Assembly: GCF_963676685.1 (NCBI RefSeq)
Contig: NC_092345.1
Coordinates: forward strand, 60,884,001-60,948,000
From: Mytilus edulis
Lineage: Eukaryota
Direction of reading: 5' to 3'
Length of the DNA stretch: 64,000 nucleotides
A program made the position numbers and the translations under genes. The notes beneath the pieces are model-generated. The model worked only from the letters and a program-made list of their open reading frames with translations. It was not told where the DNA came from and made no database searches. This document shows, piece by piece, positions 1 through 12,886 of this stretch; position 1 is the stretch's first letter; every line of letters starts with the position of its first letter.

Positions 1-147
1 TTTGAGACCTTTATAGATTGCTGTTCAGTGTGAGCTAAAACTCTGTGTTGAAGATCGTACTTTGACCAATAAGGTTTTACTTTTACAAATATGACTTGGA
101 TGGAGAGTTGTCTCATTGGCACTCGTTACCCATCTTCTTATTTTATC
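1..147 (+). repeat. Dispersed repeat family A (partial copy)
   Basis: Shares the block gtgttgaagNNcgtacNttgacc...ggatggagagttgtctcattggcactc with copies at ~2674-2830, 9630-9818, 32262-32482 (+) and 48748-48950, 54595-54850 (-). Class not determined. Confidence 0.8.
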
Positions 148-1970
148 TGTATATATGACAGACGGAACATCAAATAAGGATTATTTTACCTTCTGAAATA
201 TAAAGCTTTATACAAATAGTTTACACCGGATAGTAATCCCTACATATCTCTCATTATGCAACTTTAATCCTAGGAGAGACAATAAATTGTATACGACCAC
301 AGAGGTTCAACCCTGCACCGTTGCAAAAATGGACACAATATTCATGCTTGATACAGGTTTGAATTTGGATTGTAATCAAATATTTGACACATAATAGGTT
401 TTGGACACAGAAAAACTGTAGTTGAACTTAGAATTAGTAATATGATGCTTTTGTCTAATACACTATGCTGTTGCTAATTGCCACCTCCCAAAAAATAAAA
501 ATATCACCCCCTTTATTTTCATTTTATGCAATACACTATGCTGATGCATATTTACCCCAACCCGAAAAAAATAAAGTGTACCCCCTCCCCAATTTTGTTT
601 TTTCATCCCCCCTTTTATCCAACATTCTTTCCTTCAAGTTATGGTCATAGTTTTAATTCAAATTTCTATAAAAATGCATAGGATGAATCAAATTTTATTA
701 GGGTCAAACAAGACTTTCCAAAATGAATAATTTTATAGGCCAGTAACAACAAGAAATTATAAAACAGTTGTATAAAAGTAAGCTACAAATAAAAAAATGT
801 TAAACTGCTAAATATAATATCATTTATTTGCATAAAAAAATCACAGAGTAAACATGTATTGTTATTCACAGAAAAAAAAATTAATATCAATGCTTAATGC
901 CCTCTGTAACCCCTTTTACATCAACTTGTACAAAATTATCCTAAATTAGACTTGTTTAAAGCACAACAGGTTATAATAACAATTTTTCTTAATTCTTAAC
1001 CATGGCTAGCTGACCCCATATTTCAGAGAAATTGATTTCAATTTGATATTCAGCTAGTTTCTTTTATTTTGCAATAACTTTTACAAATATTTAGAAAAAA
1101 ATACCTGCCCACCCATGGCCAACGATCACAATAAAAGAATATTGTTGGATAAAATCTTAGATTTTTGTTATTCACCTAGCCAGTATACTATAAATATATA
1201 TTGTTTCTAAGATATTAAAACAAACATGCAACATACAAAAGTACAAAATACATATTCAAGTTAATTTGTATAATAATGATAACAAACAGTAAATTAACAA
1301 CTCTATTGAAGATATGGATATGAAGACAAGCATAACATACAAAAGGTAAATATGTTATAGAAACTTTTGAACTCATGCAGGATTTTCATAGAGGCTAGCT
1401 CCACAATGTTCATGCTTGTTGTTTAAAAAGTACTGATACATGTTCTTAATATTTCAAAAACAGGGTATCCACAAGGTACGTTTGAATACTGCTAGGATAT
1501 GAATGGTCTAGTAAAATTGGAAGACCAAAAGGCTTTCCAAAAAGACAAGTTTACTGTTACTTTACATATAGCTAAAACTACATATTTAAAAAAAAAAGGT
1601 TTATAAATAATTTTGATTTGAGCTGAAGGACAGGCAATCTATAAAACTTCTGTTCAAAAGATGTATATTCACTCCATAGAAAACAATATAAATGTGTAAC
1701 AACTTAAAATGATAAATATAAACTAACAGACAAATCCATCACTTGAGATAATTACATGTTTTAAACTAGGATGCAATGTGGTATACACAAAAAAATGAAA
1801 ATCTGTAAATCTTTATTATTTAAAATTATACATGTATAGATTCTCAAAATTCAACAACAAAAGAGAGATAACTCTAGCTCTCCTTTAGAAAAAAAGTTTT
1901 AAACTGGAAAAATTACACAGAAAGTAATGTAAAAAAACTTTGATAGAGTTGAGTGAATCATTGGAAAACA

Positions 1971-3655
1971 AATAGACACGTTACGAAAAGGTACATTCTC
2001 CACGCTGAGGTTGACAAATTAGACTTTAAATTTGGGGACAGTGTCAAAACATTGATTATAGATTTAAACAGGTAAAATCTAAATCCTGTACGTCTTGGTT
2101 AATTCAAATTACATTTATCTAGAACATCATTATACATGTATGTAACATCTTATACGACAATTGCTTTTGTGATATCATTGCTGGCTAAAATCTGGCATAA
2201 GACATAAAAGGTGTACCATGTAGGAGTGGGTGGTCTAGAAAAAGGGGGGCTGAGGGTTATACAACTTCATTCAATTCTAGATTGATAATCATATATTATA
2301 CATAGTAAGCACATTAAATTTTAGGATTTTTTTTTGGCTAAGTTACTCATTCTGCCTTTTCTCAACTCAAAACTCCCGTCCTGCCTTTTCAAATTTAATC
2401 CTAGTCCCCTCCCTCTCCCTGAAAAAAACCACCTGGTTCCTCCATAGGGTAGTGATAGGTACCTATCCAACAGATTTAATTTAAAAAAAAACATATTTGT
2501 TTTAGAGAAACTCCTAGCAGGAAAGACCCATCGATCATCAGTGTCACTTTTTTCATATTCTCATTTTCTTATGAAACGGTTGGCGAATTTCCACAAATGT
2601 TTCAGGAATTAATGAAATACAAAATATCTGCATAAGGTGGTTCTAAGATGTAAATGCAAACAATGGTTTAACACTAGTAATTTGGGGCCCTTGATAGCTC
2701 GTTGTTCGGTGTGAGCCAAGGCTCCGTGTTGAAGGCCGTACATTGACCTATAATGGTTTACTTTTTTAAATTGTTATTTGGATGGAGAGTTGTCTCATTG
2801 GCACTCACACCACATCTTCCTATATCTATTAAGTCATTATGCAATGCTTTTGAAACTCTGCAGGGTTGTTCAACCGATGAGTAGCGAGTCATATTTTACA
2901 CAAACCTCTTCTCGTTCTGAACATACATGAAATATTTGCCACTGAAAGTTAATTAACTAACAATCAATCAATCACAAACTATTATACAGAAAATACAAAA
3001 TGAGCTGTCACTTTTGAAATTGAGACAAAGTTGGAAGGAAATAAAGAAAGAAAATACATGACTTCGAAGCTACATGTATATGACCGGGCGAAAATTTTCT
3101 AAAACTATATAGTGCAACATGCCTCAAGTTGAAATTGTGTTTTAGTTGTTTTAAAACAGACCCCGTTAGATAAAAATTTAGGTGGAAAACAACTGGATCA
3201 AAATACATAGACTGTTTTTTTTTAAAAACTATATAAAAATGATCGTTACATATATATTCACGAATTGGTATACAACAGATTATAATACTTAAGATTATTT
3301 GCAAGATATATTAAGGGCTCGCCAAAGAATTCACACATGTATGTACCCCGTGTCTCCGTTGCCCCGGACATCTACTGCATTAACATGAACGTCCCCCTAT
3401 TTTTTGCAGTATTATTATACTTTCTTAAAAATATAATGGAAATTAGTAATATCTATTTCTTATATTTCTTATCGTATAAATGTTATTGAATATTCGTTCC
3501 ATACGGAATTGCCTGCGAAAGGATCAATGCAGTTTTTAAATAAAATCCAATGTATACACAGGTAATCTCTTTGGTGTTGTGACACAGTCCCCACATTTAA
3601 AGTGTAATTTGTCAACCTCAGCGTCACGAGTATACCTTTTCGTAACATGTCTATT
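1971..3655. repeat. Inverted repeat pair, 81-bp arms (1971-2051 and 3575-3655)
   Basis: The reverse complement of 3575-3655 aligns ungapped to 1971-2051 with about 10 mismatches by manual count. Confidence 0.85.
2674..2830 (+). repeat. Dispersed repeat family A copy
   Basis: ttggggcccttgatagctcgttgttcggtgtgagccaaggctccgtgttgaaggccg...caccacatcttcctatatctat recurs elsewhere in the window. Confidence 0.85.
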
Positions 3656-4030
3656 AGGTTAAAGGAGATTTGAAATTGCTATGATCATCCATCTGTCGTA
3701 CAAAAATATTTTCTCTATGGATACATAGCACAGAACATGGTAACCAACAAGAATTGATTTTAACTGGTTATAGGCAAATACAGTTCACAGTTTATAATGT
3801 TCAAATATCTACAATGAACAGGAATCATATTTTTATTCTGTAAATAATTAATGACAGAGAAATAAAATTTTAATCAATTCAAACGTTTTTAGTGTTTTCT
3901 ATTATGATACCCTGCCACAAGATCAATCAGGAAATTTAAGAAATCTGAGTTTTATAAAAAATTTGAATTTTGTTTTTCATCATGAAAAATAAAAAAAAAC
4001 ATGTTATGTAATTTGTCTTAAATCTAAATA

Positions 4031-5104
4031 TTAACCCATTAATCTCAGTGCAGCTAATGCCACCAGTGTACAAGACACAATAGTACCTACAGTATTCTTT
4101 ATTATATCATTTCTATATTGTTCATATGTAGTTTTTAAATTAGCAACATCTGTATCAATTTTGTTACGTACAATTTGCAATTGTTTTTCATTTTCTGCAT
4201 GTGCCTCCATAGACCTACTCCTCTCTAAATTAATATCTAGTTTGACGTGACCTTTCAGCTTTGATATTTCATCAGTTACATAAGTTTTCATTTGAAGGAT
4301 TTCAGCAGTTTGCATTTGATTTTCATTTCGCAACATAGTAAATTCACTTTTTTCTAATATAACCATGTCTTTTTTCACTGCACCAATCTGTGCCATAAGT
4401 TGTTGAACCATGATTTCCTGTTGAGGTTTTGTAACCATGTTCTTAGTATGATGTTCAATTGATGTATTGAGAACCTCAATAAATGCCTCCACCATGCAAA
4501 CGGATTGTTCTCTTGAAAACCCCTTGCTGTGAAACTTGTTTGCTAAACTTAAGGTGTCAAAATAGAAGAGTTTTACTTCTTTAGTTGCTGCCGGATTTAT
4601 AGATCTCCATTCATCTGATTGAAGGGAAGAACTAGAAATTGTTGCTTTATCCGGTATAGCTTGAACCTTTGTTGGACCAGCTGATGTGGAAAATTGTAAA
4701 GTGGTACTGGCAGCCGTCTGTGGTTCAGATATTGAGGTAGTGTTGGCTATTGTCTGTGGTTCTGATATGGCAGTATTGCTGCCAAGTGTTTGTGTTTCAG
4801 ATATGGCAGTTGTCTGAGGTTCGGATATGGGGGTAGCCTTTGCATCTACATGATCATACTTTGAGGAATTAAATCTTTTTGAAAGTAATCTTGTATCATC
4901 CAATTTTGTTTCTATTATATTGTCTAGTTTAAAGAATATGAATGACTTGTTTTGGCTTGTACGTCCAACATAATGTCTGATATGATGCAATTCTGAAATA
5001 TGCTGACTTTTAAAGTCGACTACGTTTTGCGAATTTGATAATCTTTCTCCGATAAAATGTTTTAACTTTTGAGAAGAAAGTCTTCCTAACACTCTTTGTG
5101 TCAT
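4031..5104 (-). CDS. MCUR1: Mitochondrial calcium uniporter regulator 1 / CCDC90-like protein (DUF1640), uninterrupted CDS, 357 aa
   Basis: The C-terminal half has the family pattern YFDT...F...GFS.EQ....V; QQ.MAQI..VKKDMVILEKSEF..LR.EN; KLDINLERSR; KIDT.VA.LKT; and a terminal TM helix. The basic N-terminus suggests a mitochondrial presequence. MCUR1 vs CCDC90B cannot be distinguished. Confidence 0.9.
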   Translation of the reverse strand: MTQRVLGRLSSQKLKHFIGERLSNSQNVVDFKSQHISELHHIRHYVGRTSQNKSFIFFKLDNIIETKLDDTRLLSKRFNSSKYDHVDAKATPISEPQTTAISETQTLGSNTAISEPQTIANTTSISEPQTAASTTLQFSTSAGPTKVQAIPDKATISSSSLQSDEWRSINPAATKEVKLFYFDTLSLANKFHSKGFSREQSVCMVEAFIEVLNTSIEHHTKNMVTKPQQEIMVQQLMAQIGAVKKDMVILEKSEFTMLRNENQMQTAEILQMKTYVTDEISKLKGHVKLDINLERSRSMEAHAENEKQLQIVRNKIDTDVANLKTTYEQYRNDIIKNTVGTIVSCTLVALAALRLMG

Positions 5105-5593
5105 GACTTAAACAAGCTTACATGTTAGTCGCCTCAATATACAGTTCCCAACTATGGATCTTGTGACATTCAAAAGTTATGGAAAATATTTCAACAGAAT
5201 CATATCTGGTTCTTAATCAACCTATTGAACGAAATTGATACACAAAACATCAACAAGGAACCAGTTTGATTAAAAATAATAGTTGTGTCACGTCTCCGTT
5301 TGGGATATAGAAGATTTCCGGAATTATGCAATCTCACAGTATTTGAGGTAATTAAAAAGAATTCCACCTGTGTGATTAACGCTATAAACAACCCAAGAAC
5401 ACGGCAGTAAATTCCATATTTGTCTATTTTAACCTAAGGCAATTAAAAAGAATTCCGCCTGCGTGTTTATAATAAGACTTGTGCAAAAGGTTGATTATTA
5501 CCTGGTAAAATATATACAAGAAAAAGGATACCAGCTCAGTCTCCCTAGCCTGGGATCCCGACTCACTGCTCGACAGTAGTCAGATTAGATTTG

Positions 5594-5965
5594 ACCTCAA
5601 GGCACAGTGCTTGGTCCAATTTTATTTTTAATCTTTATTAATGATTTGGCAGAATATATTGAACATAATACATTAAGATTGTTTGCAGATGATAGCATTA
5701 TTTATAGGGAAATTAAAAAACCAGATGACACACTTAAACTACAGTCTGACTTAGAAGCGGCCGGCAAGTGGGAGCAGGACTGGCTCATACATTTTCACCC
5801 TGATAAGTGCAACATTCTCAGTGTAACTAAAAAACGGAAACCTTTAGACTTCACTTATAAATTACACAATCACTCTCTAGAAAAAGTCGACTCTACAAAA
5901 TATTTAGGCCTAACTCTTCAATCAAATTTAAAATTGGACAAACATATCGATAACATGACATCAAA
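5594..5965 (+). mobile_element. CR1-group LINE, 5'-truncated, RT fragment (left part)
   Basis: Encodes PQGTVLGPILFLIFINDL...RLFADD...LQSDL...FHPDKC...KYLGLTL and stops abruptly at a TIR at 5966. Confidence 0.92.
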
Positions 5966-6480
5966 TAGTACGGTGACCAGACCCAATATTTTTTAGATTT
6001 AATCGTCAAACATACTATATGGCTATATTATATATCATTGGATTCGGAAAATTGAGTACTATTGAAATATCGATGTCGTCAAAAAAAAATGTGGTAACAG
6101 TTTTGCATAAAATGAGGTCAAAGATCAAATTCTGTTTTTATTTTTTCTTCTTCTATACTTTCAAAATTTGAAGAAATATACAACAATTTAGGTTAAATTC
6201 TAGATAAATACATTTTCTTATATCAATTTTCAATGAATCATCTCGAAAATGTTCAAAAAAAAAATTGAAAAAGAAATCGATTCTCAATAAATGATGAATA
6301 TTATTTTTACCTGCATCCTTCTGTCATGAAGGCATATTTTGCATAAGACCATTCATGAAATTCATTAAAACTGAAAAGCACTCAATTATTCGAAAATAGT
6401 TACAATTCAACATTCCAATCAAAGAGATCCACACAACAGAATTATATCTTCTGGTTAATTGTCAAGGAACATGATTTGAA

Positions 6481-8819
6481 ATTTCTACATAATTCTGACC
6501 CTTTACAGGACCAAAGCCCCGGACATGCAAGGTTTTGTAGTGAACAAACACATGACTCTTTCACATGCAGATTTTCCTTCAATGAAGACACAAGATCCTG
6601 CAAGAATTCTGCTGAAATATGCTTTTTAAAATAAACGGGGTGTAATGAATCATTTTACTCTCGCCAACCGTATTCTTAAGGTGACCGGATAGGGGTTTAG
6701 CAATGTGTAATGCGTTTCAAATTTTTAGTTTGAAACGAAGTACGTAAAACATACTGTTTCAGTGCCGTCTCGCAGGAAGGTAACCTGACTAAACTTACAT
6801 CTTACTTGTGGTAAACTTGAATAATTATTATGATGGAGTGGTTTTAAAGAGATAGTTCTGATCATAAACCTTTGAATTATCTTTCATGCCAAAACAAGAG
6901 CTTCATCATTGTCAATATTACCGAAACTCTAAACACAACTGAAATAGTCGTGCGTGTCCTTCGAAGTCTTGTAGACAGTTTGTATACCTACTCCAAACAG
7001 AGACGAAGTTGCGTCGCATCCGGTAAGTACATGTGCAGCAGGCAATAGTTTACAAATTGTTGGGGAATTACAGACACATAGTTATTGAATGGGTGAAAAT
7101 CTCCGCCCATCATTTACACTGCTAATGTTCCACATCTGCAACCACAACTCGCTTGTATGTGTCCTATTTTTATAGTAGCGAACACACAAAACAATTACAA
7201 TTGCATAAGAGGTCTGTATGATTGTTCTTCCACTCTTTCACATTTCCCTTAACTCCGTGTCAAATTTTAAGGCATGGGGTATAGGCCTTCTCTTGAGTGC
7301 TGAACAAGTTACGACAGCCATGAACAGTGTTGGTATAAATAACTAAGTTTCAAACGTTCTGACTATGTAAAGCTCACATCAGGTGGAATCTTATCGGATT
7401 TGTCAAGGTTTTCCAGTCAGGAATACTTCTCCGCTCTATAATCTGATACACCTTGATGGAAGCTGTAGTCTCTGTGCGGCGTTCCCTTTCGGCAGACTTT
7501 ATAGAGTTGTATGGCAAGCCGTTCTCGTCAAAACTATGTTTAAACCCTTTTTTCGAAAAAAATACACACTGAGAATTAAAAACCTAAAATAACACACTGA
7601 GAAATCGAAATTACACACTGAGATTTAAAAAAATAAAAAACACACACTGAGAATTCAAAATTACACACTGAGATTTAAAAAAGACACACTGAGATGAAAT
7701 AAATTGAAAAACACACACTGAGAATTGTTAATTACACACTGAGATTTCAAAAATACTCACTGAGATTAATATGCGAATTACTAATGAATATTCATGAGAT
7801 GAATAATTCAACAGATTTATATCTCGATCTCAAGAACTCTTGTCATTATAATGAAATGCGATTCCTTCAACCAACATTCGTAATAAATTTCAAGACTTAA
7901 CATCGCTCATGTTCATAAGTTTGTTGCCTATAATTCAGATCATTACTACCAGTAATTAAACATGTGTCCCTTTTCAAAGTCTTCCAAAGTTTGTTTCCCT
8001 GATTTCGCTAGTTAATCTTTTATATTTTTGTTACGTTTATATGCTATAATAGACACTTGAGTAAAAATTTCACTGCATTCTTTTGCAGATTGCTCCAAAG
8101 TTTTCTTATAATTTTAATAAAGTTTTTAACCATTTGGTCATATTTTGTAATAAGAGTAAGTGGGTATTTTTCTTGTTCTTGTATTTCTAAAGTTTTTTTT
8201 ATTAATAATTTGGAACCAAATCGAAGGACTAACGAGTTTTGTCCCCTTGTTGTTTTAAGCTTGTAATAGATTCAGATTAAGTATGCTAATTAGATATGTG
8301 CGCGTAAAAAGTGCGCACAAATCTCAATGTGTAATTTTAAATTCTCAGTGTGTAATTTTAAATTCTCAGTGTGTAATTTCAAATTCTCAGTGTGTGTTTT
8401 CAGTTTATTTATTCTCAGTGTGTCTTTTTGAAATCTCAGTGTGTAATTTTTTAATTTTCAGTGTGTAATTTTCAATTCTCATTGTGCGTTTTTCATTTTT
8501 GTAATCTCAGTGCGTCTTTGTGAAATCTCAGTGTGTAACAATAATTCTCAGTGTGTAATTTTCAATTCTCAGTGTGTAATTCTCAATTCTCAATGTGCGT
8601 TTTGAAGTTTTTAAATCTCAGTGTGCTTTGTTGTAATTCTCAGTGTGTAAATTTTTCGAAAAATGGTTTAAACATAGTTTTGACGAGAACGGCTTGCCAT
8701 AGAGTTGTTCGTGTCGTAGCGGTCAAAAACATGTGCTATATGTGCGCCATAGAAATTCATTGGGACATATTTTTTTAATAGTAAGCTGCAAGGTCGCCGC
8801 ATGTTTTACACTCATCTGC
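6481..8819 (-). pseudogene. Decayed Academ XPG-like nuclease plus Cys-rich C-terminal coding region
   Basis: Manual translation gives an H3TH-like HVLTGCDATSSLFGVG motif (~6985-7045), a P.EYGW motif and a Cys cluster. It contains stops and frameshifts and is interrupted by the 7510-8701 element. Confidence 0.8.
7510..8701. mobile_element. Non-autonomous foldback DNA transposon, IS3EU-like termini, with inverted ~20-bp satellite arrays
   Basis: Ends tatggcaagccgttctcgtcaaaactatgtttaaacc / ggtttaaacatagttttgacgagaacggcttgccata; 6-bp TSD gagttg (7504-7509, 8702-8707). Left arm has acacactgaga repeats (~7563-7765); right arm has tctcagtgtgt repeats (~8320-8650). Confidence 0.88.
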
Positions 8820-9629
8820 GGCTTAGCTTAGCGAAAGGTAGTGCGACGTAATCAGTCAAACAAACTTTATTAGATTAACTCTCTAAGGAACGATCGATTC
8901 CATTGGTCAATTCAAACCTTCGACTTCACGAAAATAGAACACACATACTATAACGTTGAATGGACTGATTAATATTCACTTATCTGGTCAAGGTCGTTTA
9001 AAGCTTCCATCGACATATTCTCATACATGATTCCAATCACAATTCTAGCTTTTATAAATGTGCATGTAAAATTCATTGGTTTTATAGTTTTCTGCAATTG
9101 GTAGTAAAGTTTAAACTTTAAAATCTTAACAGTTTTTACATCTAAATATTAATATTAAAATAATTTAAATGTCTCCTCTAGATCAAGGGACGACATCAAA
9201 AGTTCAATGTAGGATAAAAAAAAATCAATTCACATATTGTTTTCATTTACTCCCCCCTCCCCCCCCCCCCACCCCAAGTTGCTTATCCTGCATTTTCTTT
9301 TACTTAATGGACTCGATGAATTAACGTTGTACTTGAAAAATGAAACCGTACTTTACTACAAACACTTCATATTCTTTTCCAAGTTTTATGTATTCGACAT
9401 AGGATAGCGATTTTTTTTCTGATTCCGTTTACTTGAAGAAAAAAAATCCCGAAATTGTAAGTAAATTCATAACATGTAACCAACCTTGCTTTGTTAAGAA
9501 AAAAACGGAGATGGTCAATCATGGCACAGGGGATGATTAAATGTAGTTTATAAACTCCAACGATATACTTAGGTTTTGCTATTCTCGGTTGAAAAACGAA
9601 CGTAAATTATATATTGTAAGTATTTAAAG

Positions 9630-9818
9630 ACCGTTGGGTTTCCCGTTTAGATGGTTTTACACTCATGAGTAATTTTGGGGACCTTTATAGCTTGTTGTTC
9701 AGTGGCTCCGTGTTGAAGGCCGTACGTAAATTGACCTATGATGGTTTACTTTTATAAATTGTTATTTGGATGGGGAGTTGTCTCATTGGCACTCACACCA
9801 CATCTTCCTATATCTATG
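9630..9818 (+). repeat. Dispersed repeat family A copy
   Basis: Similar to 2674-2830. Confidence 0.8.
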
Positions 9819-10112
9819 TAAATAGAAACAAACAGTTTTTAAAAAAGTGTTTATTCATTAAATCATTTAAATGTATCGATAAAAAGGTGAGTGTCTTCTT
9901 GTACATGTGCATTTAGTCATCCTTAATTTCTTGATATTTTGTTTATCAGTAATACCATACACGTTTCGTTTTTTATTTCATTTTAAATACGAATACATGC
10001 TACATATACTTTAGCGGATAGTCCAACAATGTTATGCAGCTCTATTCTTACAGTATAAAATTGAAAGATAAATATTCATCCATTTAAAATCGAAAACAGT
10101 ATATTTTTATTT

Positions 10113-10265
10113 AAAAAAGATGTGGTATGATTGCCAATGAGACAACTCTCCACAAGAAACCAACATGACACAGAAATTAACAACTATAGGTCACCGTACG
10201 GTTTTCAATAATGAGCAAAGTCCATACCGCATAGTCACCTATAACAGGCCCCGAATTCAAACAAG
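10113..10265 (-). repeat. Dispersed repeat family B (related to A)
   Basis: aagatgtggtatgattgccaatgagacaac...; other copies at ~19425-19528, 25532-25905 and 56690-56880. Confidence 0.8.
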
Positions 10266-12774
10266 AGAATTGTTCCTTATAAACTACGATTTCTCACAAG
10301 TATTAATTTATCATTTAGTTCCACACATGCATAAGAAATAATCTTCGCCGATGTCACATTTCAATTTATTACAACAACCTGCCTTCACTGAATTCATTCA
10401 GGTGCACCAATGATACGATTAAAGTTATTTTGTTTCTATCTTTTGGGGACAATTTACTCCGTTTATGGTACGCTTATAGCTACATTTTTGTACTGTGGGT
10501 ATGTTTTATAGCATGAAAATAATAAAAGAGGAATGTCAGTGCAACCCTGATTAATTATTGTAATGGATCAGTGTTATGAGATACTTATTATAAGTAACTA
10601 CGACATTTTTAGGATTATAACCTATCGTCAGTATGAAAGAAATTAAAAGTGGTTCATATATTCATCCGTATAAAAGCGGCACATGTATTTTATTTTATCC
10701 TTATATTTCTCATCATGCCGGGTACAAGATAATTGAGTTGCTGCATGCAAAGAACTTAGAATATTACTTAAAACAAAATATCAGTATAATATTTCGACCC
10801 CACTATTTGAAGTTAACAAAACATTTAGAACGAAATTTATAACAGTGTGGTCGACAGTAAAACGTTTATTAGTAATTGTACTGAAAAGTTTACCTTTAAC
10901 TTGTTTGTCGTGGGCGATGATTTTATGCTCACTCAGTCTATCGGAGGCCTTCAAGTGGGGATTTTAATAATCATTTCTTACAAATTTTGATACATAAAAT
11001 GAAACTTTCTTTTCACAAATCATTTAAGGAATTTATTTTAAATAATAAATTATTGTTATACCATCACTTACAACAGTTTCACTTTTAAGAATATTAAAGT
11101 CCAGAGCTGATATCAATAAATAATAATAAAAAAAAAGTTTATTCATGGTAAAAAAAAACCAAAAAAACTTTTAAGTTAATAGGGACCCGCGTTATATCAG
11201 AAAATATCTTATTGATTAAGAGAACAAAAACTTCTACGTTGTGATCATTTAAGAGTGGCCTTGTATTTATTCAATGCTAACCATGTGGGCTTTGTTTTTT
11301 TTATATATATATACCATAAATCGATTCGTTCATTCAGATTTTTGTCAGTTTGCCTTGGCTCTTCAAGTCCAACACACAACTTCTCACGAAATTGGTATTT
11401 TTCTTACAAAAATTACATCCATGTGATGTATTTTTTTCATGGAGAATGAATGTTGCACCTTATTTTATTTGTTATCGTGTTTTTTTGTGTGTATCATTGA
11501 CGTATAAGACAACCTGAATCTTCTTTATTCAAATTTAAAACATACGAGATGGCAATTATGACACAAAATAACTAAATTAAACTTACAGCAGAAGAAAGAT
11601 AATGAACATTTATATTGGAAAAAGTAACGGTGTGTAAATCATAACAATTATTTTATTTCAATGAAAATCAAACTGTTGAATTTTTTTCCGCTACGAGCAA
11701 ATTTTTAATTTTGGTCGCATTTTGAAAATCAATAAATCTTGTATTCTTGTTGGAAGCTGCACTGTGTAGTTTATACCCGTTTTTTTTTTCAATGCATGGG
11801 TAGGCATTATATTCGTGATTATTTTTGCCCGAGCGATATCGAAAAACTATTATAAAAAGTGTCCTAGTTCAGTGAAAATGTACGTCATACTTATTTCCTA
11901 AACAAATAAATAAACAAACATTAATTAACATACAACACTACCAAAGGCCAGACACTCCTTACTTGTATGATTTTGTAAAAAAATGCATCTTTTTAAAACA
12001 GTCGAAAACAAAAGTGTCTGTCCAATGGAAAAGTCGAAGCCCAAAAAAGATGAACAGTGCATTATAGAAACATAGAAGCTGGTTGCAAAAGTTGACGACA
12101 AGATCTATTTTATAACTTGAGTATGGCCTAATACTATTAACCTGAAATAAATATATTTATAGCAATTCCCTTGATACGAAAGATCTACATGTTGCCTTGG
12201 GCTTTTTTTTTTTTTTCTTTTTTTTTTTTTGCTCTTTGGTTGGGTTTTTGTCTCAATGACAATTCAATTTTCATTCTTATCATAGATATAACTGCATGTT
12301 AAAATAAGAATATGAAGTTTGATAGACAATCAGACACATTCTTTCCAGGGACCAACAGGCGTTATCAAGCTATAGGTCCCCGTATGGCCTTCGACCATTA
12401 GCAAAATACACACTTTATAGAATGAAAGCTCCAAGAGGTCTTGGGATGAAAAAAAAAACAACATAAAAGATGAGCGAGAAAAAAATAGGGATACCGCATG
12501 GAAATTGGAAAATGGTTCGCAACATTAATTTAGTCAACTCACTTAGTTGAAATTAAAGACCTGGCGAATTTTAGCCTTTTGCAATGGATGTGATGTATGT
12601 TTAAAAAAAAATCATGGTTTGTTTGGACATTTTTATAAATCAAGTCTTGTTTTTAAATTATTTGCAAGTAAGTTTTAAGTCATGAACAAATAATCACTCA
12701 CAGAAAGACGTCAAATCCATCAACAAAAGAAAAAAATTAATAGACGACCGACAACGCACAGAATATCATGTATG

Positions 12775-12886
12775 TGTTCCGGACCATATGAGTATTTGGA
12801 CCATACGCATATATCATGACCATAAGGGTATACTAATATGGTCCAACCATACACGTATGGTCCAAATACTCATAAGGTCCGGAACA
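12775..12886. mobile_element. 112-bp palindromic MITE (TGT...ACA ends)
   Basis: tgttccggaccatatgagtatttggaccatacg / cgtatggtccaaatactcataaggtccggaaca; flanks tatg/tatt look like a degenerate 4-bp TSD. Confidence 0.7.

Noticed and set aside
7563-8650. CRISPR-like regular short repeats and repetitive ORFs (NSQCVIL)
   Set aside because: Tandem units without unique spacers inside a TIR element; eukaryotic context and no cas genes.
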